A stretch of DNA of 64,000 nucleotides from Malacoraja senta. Taxonomy: Eukaryota. The DNA lies in assembly GCA_038087875.1 (NCBI GenBank), contig CM075978.1:136648001-136712000 (forward strand), in the 5' to 3' direction. Positions 49,467-62,818 of the stretch are shown here, in pieces. The number at the start of each line of letters is the position of its first letter. The stretch's first letter is position 1. Under the pieces are notes generated by a model. The model ran no database searches. It worked only from the letters and a program-made list of their open reading frames with translations, and was not told the origin of the DNA. Both the position numbers and the translations under genes were made by a program.

Positions 49467-51171
49467 AAAAAAAAAAAACTGTCTATTCAACCTGCATGAA
49501 CCCATTGAATCAAATGATCTCCTTTCCTTATTGGATGTTTCTATGAGTCCCAATGTGTCTTTAATATTAAGGTACTCTTTGAAATTTGTACCTGACAGAC
49601 GATTCTAGATAACATTAAATTCTCTGCACACATGTTTCTTTTAACAAAAGCTTTCCCAAGTACCTCCTTCCCACCCTCATCACCCAAACGTACACATCTC
49701 AACACTTCACTTTTCTCCATTCCTGAGGGTAGCATTTTTGTTTTGACAATCTTTCCTCATAATACATCTCTCTTAATTCAGGAATTAATCTGCCATGTAC
49801 ACAGAGCACCAGCTCACCAATAATAAATTATCTCCTGTGCTTTATGTAATTAACAACACTTAAAAGAGTTTCTCAATTGTAAACTTCCTAGGAACTAAAA
49901 CTTCAACAATCTAATTACTCTGGCAAGGAGCAAAGATAATAATTCATCATCTTTCCAGGACAAAGACATCTCAACTGCATGATTCAGCAAGTTTTTAAAC
50001 AATTTCACCGACACCTCGTTTCACCCTTTAGTTACATTATATAATATGCTTTTGTCCAATAAAATGCAAGGCCTAATCCCAGGTTTAGCTGAAGGACATC
50101 ACTGTTTAAAATGTTAACGAGGTAATGTTTATACCTAATCTCAACATTCAATACTCAGTTGTTGTGAATTCCATCGGCGACCTCCATGCTCTTTGACCTT
50201 ACATTGAAATGTCACACTCAGGTTAATATAATCAGCTTCTGCGCTCAATTTGGCATTACCTGAAAAATTAGGATCTTACAGATATGTCAATCCTCTGGGG
50301 CATAAATCAAATTTGGAAACATCCGTAATACAAAGCAGCAAGCCCCAATTGGCAACTAGGTGAATTTCCTCTTCAAGCTTTCCATTGTTTTCCCATGCCT
50401 TTTGCTGTTCAACTTTAGCTACTCTTTCAATCAACATCAGGGAAAAAACGAAAAGCTTAGAATTAAAAATAACATAAATCCAAGAGTTTACAGTGAGAAG
50501 GCAAGAGAATGGGGTTGAGATGGGAAAATAGATCAGCCCATGATCAAATGGCAGAGCAGACTCAATGGACTACATGGCCTAGTTCTGTTCCTCTGGTCTT
50601 ATGGTGTTATGGCCTATGGTTAACAGATGATTGACTAAATGTAATCTTTAAAGCCCAAGCAGGAATTGAAAATACGATTTGCTTCCAAATTGTGAGAATG
50701 GAAATTTCCTACGCCTGGATCTTCGGTGTGAAGAGTTCTGCAATTCAATTATAGAGGTGTATTTCTGCTTATAATTCCATTACTCCAACTGGAAAGCATT
50801 AGTTAAGTACAGCTGCTTCGGTGCAAAATATTATCCATTTTGCATACTACAAATGGTTAAAACTTCTGAATGTCACCTTTGGCAAAAAATTCTGAATAAT
50901 TAATAATACGGCATTACTGCATAAAGAATAAGGTTTATCTTAACTAATTATTTAGCTGATAAGGATAAATTGGAATAGATAGTCAACTTCCTTGCTGATT
51001 AAATCATTTTAATATTAAATGCAGAAACTACTAATTGCATGTCTTATTGGAAAAATACAGGCGACTACTTGGTGATACTGGATTCTATATTGTTAACTCA
51101 CACACTTCCCATGGCTATAATACTCAAGGGTTGCTGTGAAAAGTGAACTACTGACTGCAAAGATTAACTAG

Positions 51172-51251
51172 AAGATAGAGTAGCTCAATGGGACAGGCAG
51201 CATCTCTGGAGAGGAATGGATGACGTTGCGGTCGAGACCCTTCTTCAGACT
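51172..51251 (-). mobile_element. Penelope-derived short repeat
   Basis: Minus strand reads gtCTGAAGAAGGGTCTCGACCGCAACGTCa. Confidence 0.75.
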
Positions 51252-52161
51252 ACTAAAGTCTAACTCCTAAAGATTCCTAAAGATTAACTAGCGTTGTCAG
51301 TAGGTTATGGCAAGAGTTTAAAGTCTCTTCTCTTGATATGTACAATCATTATTAAAATTAAAATTCTATGAAATAATTACATTTGACAATAGATTAATTT
51401 TGAACATCCAGAAAGCAAAAAGTTATTGTGAAAATGGGGCACCATAACATTGAACTTTTGATTTATAGTTTGTCTACCCATTTCCTTGACCTTGGCTGTT
51501 CAACCATGTGTGCCGGTTCGAAACTTGGAAGGAACCTTGCTCAAAACAAAGTCAGTCATGAATACACAAATTATATAACTTTTAATGACAAGCCAAATAT
51601 GACAGAATATGAATACAAAAATATTTTTAAATGTTCCTCCTTTGAGAGGAGGAACATTAAAATGTTCTTTCAATGTATAACTAAAAGATCCTTAAAAAGA
51701 TATCTATGAAAAATATCATTTGATAATCTAATATAAACCACACTGGAAAATGTGATGACCAAAATAATCCTGGATTCAATGCTGGCTTGCAGTAAGTTAT
51801 TGATCTCAACTTCAGCAATAGTGTGGGATATGCAATTGGACAGTGAGACTGGTTAGATATTGGGAGGATAGTCATCTCTTTGATCACTATCCAGAGGTTA
51901 GTTAGAATTTGCACTTTGTGATTGTGATTGCAATTTGAGACAAAGACCAGCCAGGACTTCACACACTACTACTCCTTATCAATGAACTACCTACCAATCA
52001 ATTTGTCCCTCCTCCAACTCATGAAGGGCAGTATTGGCAGGGAATAATAAAAAATATTATAGTTTATCCTACTTCTCTGCAGTTGCATAGACTCCAAGTG
52101 TTGAAAAGAACAATGTTTTTCTCACCACCAACTAAAACAAAATCATACTTTTATAGGTATA

Positions 52162-52897
52162 TTAGAGCAAGTGGGACCCGTTGGGCCCCTTTCCACAACG
52201 CAATATTCCACCACTCACCCGTTCCCACAACATCACCCATTCCCCCAACACATTATTCCACCACTCACCCATAGCCCCCAACTGCGCAGGTACGGCTCAT
52301 TTCCCTCCCCCTCCTCTTCACCCTCCCTCTTCTTTCCCCTCTCCTCCTCCTCTCCCCCACTCCCTCCTTCACATCTCCCTCCCTCACCTTTCCCCTACCC
52401 TCAGTCACTCCCTCCCTCCCTCCATAACCCCTCTCCCCTCCCTATCCCCCTTGATGTCATTGTGAGGTGGAAGCTGCTGTGCTTTTTTATTTTATGTAAA
52501 AAAGATCCCCTTGTGATGTCATGGTGGAACGCTGCTCTGTTTTGAAAACTGAGTTTTTTAAATGTAAATGAGATCCCATTGTGATGTCATTGTGGGGTAG
52601 AACACTGCTGACGGGCAGTTTATGTAAATGAGACCCCATTGTGATGTCATTCGCTGCTAACTGCCAGTGCAGATGGGAGATTTTTCTCAATGGTTTTTGT
52701 AAAGTTTAAAATCTGAATAACTTGTAAAATATACCATCAATCTCAACAAAGCTTATTTTTTGTACATCACAGGACAATGGTAAGGTGGTGCAAAAATTGT
52801 AGCGCTATCGTGTACCGTTTTTGTGCAATTATAGGTACAAACCGGCACACAAACAAACAAACATAGAAATAAGATGAGAGTTTTAGTAATATATAGA
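52162..52897 (-). mobile_element. Non-autonomous Helitron
   Basis: Minus strand begins A|TCTATATATTACTAAAA and ends with the hairpin gggcccaacgggtccc then acttgctCTAA|T (CTRR). Inserted between A and T with no TSD. Confidence 0.85.
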
Positions 52898-53009
52898 TAG
52901 GTAGATAGATAGATATATGGATAGATGTTCTCATTTCAGACAACGATCTAATGAGATAAAGATGCAAAATAAAGTTCAGCCATCAACGTTAAGATACAGA
53001 AAGAAGGAC

Positions 53010-53597
53010 CTTTGACTGGATATCCTAAAAGCACCTTACAGTGAGTGCATAATTGCTGTTGTCATTTAAAAAAGGCAGCAATAATATGCAAGAAAGAAGC
53101 TGTAACATGCTAATAATCAGAGAGAGTCATAGTGATACAGTGTGGAAACAGGCCCTTCGGCCCAACTTGCCCACACCGGCCAACATGTCCCAGTTACACT
53201 AGTCCCACCTGCCCACCTTTGGTCCATATCCCTCCAAACCTGTCCTATCCATGTACCTGTCTGTTTCTTAAATGTTGGGATAGTCCCTACCTCAACTACC
53301 TCCTCTGGTATCTTGTCAGATAATCTGGCAGATTAGCTATTGATTGGGGGATAGATATTGATCAAGATCCCAGATCTTATTCCCCTAATGTGAGAATGGA
53401 TCCTCCATGGAATTTTATGTGTTCCCTTGAGAGAGTTTCACTTCAGCATATATCGTATTATCATGCTCCACTGGCAGTACAGCACCTCCCCAGCACTGGA
53501 ACAACACTTAGGTTGTTTGAAATCCACCGGATTGAGATTTAGACCCACAGCCTCCTGGCACAATGCAAGAGGGCTATCAACTGAGCCACAGCTGACA
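53010..53597 (-). mobile_element. Near full-length old Deu-SINE (SacSINE1-like), interrupted by a CR1 3' end at 53122-53310
   Basis: Reverse tRNA-like head ...agacccacagcctcctgg...atcaactgagccacagctgac, plus Deu-domain-like cagataatctg...gggatagatattg. Confidence 0.65.
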
Positions 53598-55923
53598 AAC
53601 TCTAAGTGAGCAATCACAGATTTCAATTGTACTGTGAACCAAGAGAGCAAAACTCAAACAATTTATATCAACAGAAGAGAGGCTGAACTCTTGCCTTAAC
53701 TCACTGAACTCTAGTTAATCTTTAGAACAAGTGGTACACTGTTCACAGCAATTACAAAGGTGAAAGGATAATAAACATAACAACAGTATTCGGCCCAATG
53801 TTACAAGGGTATCATGTGACTGTCACTGCAGCATTACAAGTTTACTTTCGGGGTGGATTACTAGAAAATAAGCTATTGCATAGGTATTTGAGAATAATGG
53901 CTACCAAAAAGTGATTACAAGGCAGTAATTTAATAGACAGGTTCAGGTGATGTCATGAGCCTCAAAGTAAACCTTGAGTGGTTTCTAACTGTCATCTAAA
54001 CTCTGAGATTAGATTACTGCATTGTAATCACTATAAGGTATCTGTTATTTTTAATCTACATACAGTATGGGCCTGGTTTTATTCCATTTTGGGTTTCTTT
54101 TTCTGCTGATACCAGCTTTCAATGTAGATGCCAACTGCCGGAGCACTCAGCATCATTGATCTGCGATGATGATCACACTGAAACAATAACGATTCTGCAG
54201 TCATTCTTATGAATTTTGAACAAAATCTATGGTCGGCATATATATGGAAAAGTGGTCGTGTTGAACTATTTCTGTGACAGGTACGGAAACTGCCATTATC
54301 GGCCAAACTAAAAAAAGACAAAGGTTTCTTTACTCGCACTTCTGATATTAATGACAATCTGTCAAAGTGCATCCTCTGAAATGGAGAGGTCTGCATAAAG
54401 ATTCAATGACAGCAATCCCAGCCACGTATCAGGAATGCAAAAGCTACATATTTACTTAATCAGTCACTATTTTCAGATTTTCTTCTGAGCTGGCTTAGGC
54501 CAAGAGACATCAATTATTTAAAGGAAGTAACATGATGCTTCCTCTGTTAAGTCAAGTCTGCAAGCAGACCCCTACAGAGAATAAAAAATGAATTAGCTAG
54601 AATTTATTAGTGAGCTTGATGCGAAGACAGATTCAGTCATCATATCTGCACCAGGTTTTCCACACACCTTCAAAAAGCTGACTAGTTTTCCTAATAAAAT
54701 AACAGTGTCCAAGTAGCATTCAGCACAGGAGTTGGGCTCTTTAGAAAGTGCTTCACGGGGGGAAAGCACATGTCCAGTGGCTGTCCTGAATCACCAGGCA
54801 CACACACACACACTGTATTCAGTACACGTAACAATTATTCAACCACCTCGTTTTCACTAAAGGCATGGCAATGCAATTTTATCGTTATAATCACGACCAT
54901 ATGACAAAAGCAGAGGTCACTAGGGACCAATTTCAAGTGATTTTCAGATTGCACTTACATATGCTGAACAGTTAAGTTCGCTTCATTGCACCTGCGCTGA
55001 TTTATGCAGCTTTCCACTGCGCTCTTCCTCCACTTGCCCCCCGCTCCCTTCCCCCCAAAAAAAATTCTGGCCAAGCGAAGAAAAGTTTCAAAGGCTGACT
55101 GAATGTTAATATATATTTTTTTCTTCTCTTCATTTAATTGAAATCTGCTTTAAATCTTGTTCAGCACTTACCCCCCTTCAACCTTCAGGTGCCAGAGGGC
55201 TTGTTACTTGTGAATTATTTAACAATCATATTTGCGGTAGGAAATTGATTTTTGAGTAAATCCATATTGATTGAGTTATGCGAGACTAATGATTTGAAGT
55301 AAAATGTTGCTGTTAACTTCTAGGGAGGGAGAAAGATAATTTTCTGCATCAAATTTTCACTTGCGAGGGACCCTGGTACCCTGCTTTCACCCTGTCACAG
55401 TCTATGGTGACTAACTGTCTGCCAACCATGACCAAGTGATTAAAGCAGACAGCATCTGTGTATCTTTGCAGTAATAGGAGCCTGATTTCTATTTCCCATT
55501 CATTGAAACTTGAGCAGTCTATTAGCTCCTGCATTTTAGTTTGATGAATTTATTACTTTACAATTTTTTTTAAATCAAATGCATTGCTTCCCCAGAGCAA
55601 AAATAAGCATTTATTTTTAGCTATTCCTTTTCCAGATTTATTACAAATCCTTTGGTCAAATCCTGCTGAATGAATACATTATGGTGTGTTAAAAACATCT
55701 GTGTCGGGAACTTATCCCTCAGCAATAATGGGCCAAATATTGTCAGGACTTTTCAATGAGCCGAGTATTTTTGTGACTTGGAAGCGGAGTTCCCCTTCTT
55801 ATCGTGCTTGATTTCCCTCTTGCTGAGACAGCAGACACACAGCCTGTTGCCAGGCTTCTTCTACCACTGACACTCAAGCTGATGGGCTCTCACCCTTCGC
55901 TTCACTTGCAATGTTTCATTTTA

Positions 55924-56350
55924 ACATAGAAACATAGAACATAGGTGCAGTAGTAGGCCATTCAGCCCTTCGAGCCAGCATCGCCATTCAGTATGATCAT
56001 GGCTGATCATCCAATATCAGTACCCCATGCTTTCTCCCCATATCCCTTGATTCCGTTAGCCCTAAGAGCTATATCTACTGTAACTCTCTCTTGAAAACAT
56101 CCAGTGAATTGGCCTCCACTGCCTTCTGTGGCAGAGAATTCCACAGATTCACAACTTTCTGGGTGAAAAAGTTTTTCATCATTTCAGTCCGAAATGGCCT
56201 ACCCCATATTCCTACACTGTGATCCCTGGTTCTGGACTCCCCCAACATCGGGAACATTTTCCTGCATCTAGCCTGTCCAATCCCTTAAGATTTGTTTATG
56301 TTTCTTTAAGATCTCCTCTCATCATTCCAAATTCCAGTGAATATAAGCCC
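55924..56350 (-). mobile_element. CR1 LINE 3' end
   Basis: MFPMLGESRTRDHS...KVVNLWNSLP, with an (aacataga)n tail. Confidence 0.92.
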
Positions 56351-57924
56351 TTTTGTCCCTTCTTCCCAATAGTTCCATCACTCAATATGAGGGGAGTGCA
56401 TCTCCAAAGTCCCACTTTAGTTCCAAAGAATGCAGCAGGGTGGATTGATTAACTTGCTATCACGGGACTGCTTGCGATAGATATCTAACATGTTTATTTC
56501 TCTATCTCTCACTGTTTCTGGTCATCTTGCATTCAAAAGCACCGACATATGGTTTTGAGTTCGGAAAACTCAAATATTAAGAGAAGATTATGTACCGCAG
56601 AAACAAAAACTTCATGATTTTGCCCAACAAGTCTAAGTTTTGATGATGTAATATTGTAATCAAATTTGACAAATCAGCTATACAAAAAAAATCAGAAGTG
56701 ATCCAATTGAACTTCTTCAATTGTTTGGGATGGGGGGTTTAACGTATCATTGGATACTTCCAATAATATAGAGCTGTTCAAATACTAGATTTGACCTCTG
56801 CTTTGTTCAATGAGCATAGTTTGATGAGGGTTAGATTATTTTCCAATAAATATCTGTGTCTCCATACTGAGGAAAGCGGAAGAGGCAGGAAAGTGGCCAA
56901 TCTTGCCAGCTCTGGGTTACCATGCAGTGACCACGACAGGAAAGCATAACTGCAGACATCAGGAGAGAAGAATTTCAATGCCCTACAAAGTGAAACAACC
57001 TGCCAATACTCACGGTTTAAGTTTCCACATGAAGAATGGGCTCTTGGGCGTAGTGAGGAAGGCTGTCACACCTGTGGAACTGCACCCAGCGTCTTCAATG
57101 AGGGAGAAAAGGGGGAAAAAGATCACATTTTAATTGCACACTTTCTTTCCCTACACGAATAGTTAACAGCTGCTCACCATCCATCAAAAGAAAGGATCTA
57201 TACTAATAATATGCCATCCTATGCATCTTTCCTCCTTACCTTTTTTCTGTATTAAAATCAAACCCAATCACATCATCTCCTCTTTCCCAGGAGCTTAAAT
57301 AATGCAAATCTATCTCTCTTTGCCTCCCCACACTTCTTTAATTTCTAAGGTTTTAAAAAGATTCCTCACCATAGGCTAACTAGTACTCTTGAATTTAAGG
57401 CATTATTCTTCCTACTCATGTTAGCTTTGGTAATTGATAGCACCAGTATCCTTGGCCGTTGAATACCAACAAAAGATCCAGCTAATCCAGTATGAAGAAT
57501 GATAATAAGAAAGAGGCAGTGATCTGCACAACTCCTAGCTGCTGGTTACAGGACCATTACAACACTAGACATGGGTTTCTTGCCATCACTCCTGGGCTTG
57601 GAATAATGCATGACAGAAGGAAAAATTTAAAAAATGAAATGATTTAAGAAAAAAAGGGAAAATTAGAATAGATAAATTATGCATAATCACAAAAGACAAA
57701 AAATGGTTAGAAATGTAATTGTTTATCTAAATTTTCAATTGAATGTTGTTTTCAAATCCAACCTAGTATACCAAAAATAGCTCCCACACAAGACTTTGTG
57801 AAGCTCAAACCATTATCGCAGTACGTTCATAACAACTCTCTCAGGCAAGGCCACAGATTAAGGCTGTACAAGTGGATTCCCTGAATGATTTTGGCCAAAA
57901 ATAATGCTGTGCTTCTAATTTGAA

Positions 57925-58690
57925 AAAATATATATTAGACCAAATTCACTGTTGGCAGATGGAATGGAATTCTGAAAAATAAAAGCATCTGCATTTTTGG
58001 AGGACAAATAAGGCTTGGGTATACACAATGAATGGTAGCACACCAGGAGTGAAGAATAGAGTGATCTTAATGTATACGTTCAAGATCCCCAAAGGCAGCA
58101 GAACAGGTAGGTTAAAGAACAAGTTGGTTAAGAAGGCATTCATTTGCTGGGAGATAGAATTTAAGATCATTAAGGAGGTTATGGTACATCTATACATTGG
58201 CTTGGCCACAGCTGTAGAACTGTGTTCACTTTTTATTGCCACACACTTTAGAAAGGATGACATTGCACCTCAGAGAACACAGAGAAGATTCACCAGGGTG
58301 TAACCTGGGATGGAGTGTTTCAAATATTAGGAGAGATGCAATGGACTGGGTTTGTTTTGGAGTGGAGAAGGCTGAAGGAGCACCAGATTGAGGCATACAA
58401 AACTTATGGGGGAAATAAATGGGATAGATGATGAGCAACATTTTCCTTTCCTTTTCGTCTATGACACGAGGGCCTACATTTAAGGTAAGGGATTAGATTT
58501 AAAGGAGATTTGAGGGGAAAAAATCACTCTAAAGGTAGATTAGATCTTGAGCAGACTGCTTGAAGAGATTGTGGTGGCATCCATTCTCAAAATATCTAGT
58601 GTGATTAGATAAATACTTCAAATGCCATGGCATGGAAGGCCATGGGCCCAGTGCTGAATGATAGGATTAGTGTAGGTAGGTAGTTGGTAT
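57925..58690 (+). mobile_element. Old CR1 LINE fragment
   Basis: WQMEWNSEK...EVMVHLYIGL...HFRKDDIA..RTQRRFTRV. Confidence 0.75.
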
Positions 58691-58694
58691 AGGT

Positions 58695-58881
58695 GGATAG
58701 ACACAAAAAGATGGTGTAACTCAGCGGGACAGGCAGCATCTCTGAAGAGAAGGAATGGGTGATGTTTTGGGACGAGACCCTTCTTCAGACACAAAATGCT
58801 GGAGTAACTCAGTGGGTCAGGCCGCATCCCTGGAGAATATAGATAGGTGATAGTTCGGGTCTGAACCTTGCTTCAGACTGA
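58695..58881 (-). mobile_element. Head-to-tail dimer of Penelope-derived short repeats
   Basis: Two ~92-nt units, each running from agacacaaaa...actcag.ggg.cagg to ...cttcagac. Confidence 0.85.
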
Positions 58882-61049
58882 TAGGTAAGTATTTGGTGGT
58901 CGAACCAAAGTATGTCACTTGGATGTCACTAAAATATTTGCCTCTTTTTATTTGTGCATCTGCAGAGGAACAGAGACAGGATGTTTCTTCCAGGCCTCCA
59001 CTCACACCTCCGATCCAGCAGATGAGATGTGTGGCAATACGAATTATCTGGAAGCAGCATTTTGTTTTAATATAAAAGGATTTTGGATTTCACTCCCACT
59101 CTCGCGGCATAATAACAACTAGTGCCTCTGCACTCAACAAATCCGCTGCGCCCACCAAGCCTCAGTAAACTGTTGAAATTCAAGGAAATATTCCTCTCTG
59201 TTTAATGATATACAAAAAAAGTAATAGCTGGCAGTGGGATTAAGGTAGTAATTAAATGTGGGTGGTGGGGTTTGGTGGTGGTGGGGGTGGTGGCCTGTTC
59301 CTATTCAGAAGGCACTTTCGGCTCTCAATTTATGACATCATCAGAGGCACTCGATTGAATTACTGTCTTGTAATTCACTGCCAACCATCTATTATCCCAT
59401 ATTAATGCCCTTAAGGGTAATTTGAATACTCTGATGGAATATTTATCAAGACCCGGGGCTTGATTCTAATCATGGCACAAGTAAAAAGATTGGGTGCATC
59501 TCATTAAAGTCTATTCAATATAAATTAGCTGTACGTAGATTAGTAAGCAATTTGTATCTCTACACAGCTGACTTTGAATCCAGTGTGGCCACAAAACGCC
59601 AAGACAATGGGGGGAGAGAGTCCAACAGTAACGTTGTTGTACAACTGCATTTTTGTTATGCTTCACCCAATGCAGCACAACATGGGTTTGTCATAGAGAA
59701 AATATCAAAATACATATATATCAACATTTTTACTGCGGACGACAAAATTATCTTGAATTCATTACTTCAATTAAACACTTCGGATATCAGCAAATAGCTT
59801 TGGCTTTTTTTAGCTCTACCAATGCAAATCATTAAGTGTAATCTATTCCTATTTTCCTATTTTAGTGTGCTATAATTCGCAAAACAACAGCATAATATGC
59901 TTGCTAGACCTTTTTTACTATTGAAATGGTTGACACTTTCAGAATCTAACAACTCTATGCAGGATGCAGGAAACTTCAATGCTGCCTGAATTATACAGAG
60001 ATTATTTTATCTTATGTTTAAAAGTACCACCAAACCTAAATTGTACATTCTTGGCCTGCTGAAGTGAAGCTAATCTTAATCGTCATATCTATAAAAATCT
60101 ATGGAAATATTTTAAATGGGTAAAAGAGGAATCATGCTTCGCTTCAAATCGGATGTTCACTTCAAAAAAAATTATAAGCCAAATTCTAAGTCACAAAGCT
60201 CTACTTTTATGTGCAAATGGCTTGTAATCAGACAATTAAGCCAGTCGTTCATCAGCACGCTGCCATTTAAATGACATTCTGGGACTTAACCAGTAAAACT
60301 GATGGACATCCAACAGTACATTTTCTGATCCATCAGAGTTGGTTTGGAATTATTAGAGAATTTGCATATATGACTACTTTGGGGTTTTGCTGATCTATTT
60401 TTAAGATTAAATCAAAATCGTGCATAAAATATGTACAAACATTTTTGTTCCCACTCAGGGAGGTCTACAATCCAGCCTTCAATATGATTAAAGATAAGAC
60501 CTAGCCTACCCTCTTCCAGCATTTCTACATCAGAGATGGTATATTAACTATATATTTTTTTTTAATTGGTCCAGGGCAATGATTTTAAATATTGGTATTG
60601 CAAAATATGTTGCTCTTTCAACAAATTTCTATGCACTCAACTTCATTTTGGCACAAGAAAATCATGGTCAAAGGAGTTTGCAGTTTAAAAAAAAAATGTT
60701 TATCAAGGTTATATACTTTTCAAATAAGGAAATAAACCCATCTGAAACATTGGTGCAAATAATGCCATAATTAACGATGCAAATAGAATACTAATAACAA
60801 AATATTTTTAATTATTTGCTCTTTCCAAACAAGAAGCAGGATGAATTGGTTTTCAGATGATATGTGAATGACAATAATGCAGTACATGAAACTTTAAGGA
60901 TAAAAAGAAACTCCCACAGTGTCTTTGGGAGCAGAATGGGTTTCACAACTGGGGTGCTCATCTGACCTTATACCTGCAAGGAAGTCCCCAATATGTGGAT
61001 TTCATGAATAAAAACTAAGTGGGAAGTTTGTCCACACAATTCATGTTGT

Positions 61050-61662
61050 TCACAAGTTCACGTTCACAAGTTATAGTAGAATTAGGCCATTCGGCCCATT
61101 GAGTCCACTCTGCAATTTAATCATGGCTGATCTCTGCTTCCTAATCCCATTTTCATGCCTTCTCTCCATAACTCTTGACACCCATTTTAATCGAGAATCT
61201 GTCTCTCTGCCTTAAAAATATGCACTGACTTGGCCTCCACAGCCCTCTGTACCAATAGGTTCCACAGATTCACCACCCTCTGACTAAAGAAGTTCCTCCT
61301 CACCTCCTTTCTAAAAGAGAGCCCTTTAATTCTGAGGCTATGACCTCTGGTCATAGACTCTCCCACCAGTGGAAACATCCTTTCCAGATCCACTCTATCT
61401 ATGCCTTTCGTTATTCTGTAAGTTTCAATGAGGTCCCCCTCAACCTTCTAAACTCCAGTGTGTAGAGGCCCAGTGCTGTCAAACGCACATCATATGCTAA
61501 CCCACTCATTCTGGAATTATTCTTGTAAACCTCCTCTGGACCCGCTCCAGAGCCAGCACATCCTTCCTCAGATATGGGGACCCAAATTTGCTCTCAGTAC
61601 TCCAAATGCAGCCTGACCAGCTCCTTATAGAGCTTCAGCTTTACATCACTGTTTTTTGTATT
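61050..61662 (-). mobile_element. CR1 LINE 3' portion
   Basis: DLERMFPLVGESMTRGHSLRIKG...RVVNLWN, with a (gttcacaa)n tail. Confidence 0.92.
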
Positions 61663-62099
61663 CCAACTGACTGGCAACTCACCAGATGGGATCCCAATTT
61701 TACAGCCAGCACCTCTTAACAGGGACATTGATTTTGGCTGCAGAGAACTATCAATGGTCAACATCAAGCGTGGAAGTCACAAGAGTTGTGCAGATCCTGC
61801 TTTAGAGATACTGGTGAAGGAGGCAAGTAAGAGATGTAACATTTTCCAACCAGCGGGCAGTAGAAAAAATTTAAAAGCTAGTTGCTCAAATCAAATGGGC
61901 AAAGTCACACATGGGGGGGGACATGATTCAGGAAGTGGTTCAATAAACCTACAGTGATAGCCAAGTCAAACCTTCTGACTCACATTGTTCTGAGATTCAC
62001 TTGCATTCCCTTCATGTAAAATCACCAAAGGCACAGAAAGAGGACATTCATCACATTGAAATCATGCACTGTCAAAAAAAGGAGCTATTACTATTAATA

Positions 62100-62506
62100 G
62101 CTAGCTATCTAACTAAATCCCTCCCCTCTCTCCCCCTAACCCCCCCCCCACCCTTCCCAACGCCTACCTGGTGCCCCATCTGGATGCACCTATTTCTCCC
62201 TCCCCCTCCCCTTCCACCTGCATTCTTTCCTCTAGCTTCACAAATCATAACTCTTCAGCCCTTCTGTCTTTTCATCTCTGGCCTTTGTCCACCATCTGCC
62301 TAACACCCCACCCCCCCCCCCCCCGCCTCTCCTCGCCCGTATCAACCTATTAAGCTGCCAGGCATCGTCCTGCCATCCTCTCTTCCAGATCTCTTTCCCC
62401 TCCTCCCCACCCAACCCTGTAACAATCTGAAGATGGGTCCCGACCTGAAAAGTAACATATTCATGGTCTCCAGAGATGCTACCTGACCCGCTGAGTTACT
62501 CCAGCG
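62100..62506 (+). mobile_element. Penelope-like 3'UTR ending in the hammerhead-bearing repeat
   Basis: The pyrimidine-rich segment is homologous to 24700-24965 (ctctagcttcaca, accatctgcct, cctgccatcctctcttccag). It runs directly into tCTGAAGATGGGTCCCGACCTGAAAAGTA...ctccagagatgctacctgacccgctgagttactccagc. Confidence 0.8.
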
Positions 62507-62737
62507 CTATATGGCATGTTTTTGCTGTTAAGGATAATCTCACTTCCCATATCTTGGTGTGTGATCCCAGAGGTTAAAGCTCTTCATAAACATATTCAGA
62601 TACTTTTTAAGAATGATAAGCATTTCTGTCTGTCCTACTCTTTCAGACAATGAGTTCCAGTCAATTTGTATGCTTGTAGAAATTCAACAGCATATGAGTG
62701 TAAGAAAAGCAGGAATATAAAACAACTTAAGAGGCAG

Positions 62738-62818
62738 CATATCTTCTGGAGATGCTGCCTGACCCAGCACTTTGTGTCTATCTTTGGTATAAACCAGCAT
62801 CTGTAATTCCTTCCTACG
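62738..62818 (+). mobile_element. Penelope-derived tail-only insert
   Basis: 15-bp TSD caacttaagaggcag at 62723-62737 and 62819-62833. Confidence 0.8.

Noticed and set aside
52171-52545. Pro/Ser-rich 124-aa ORF
   Set aside because: It arises from the low-complexity C/T tract inside the Helitron.
54114-54285. Plus-strand exon (ccag|...acag|gtacgg)
   Set aside because: All three frames contain stops. It could only be non-coding, and there is no support for that.
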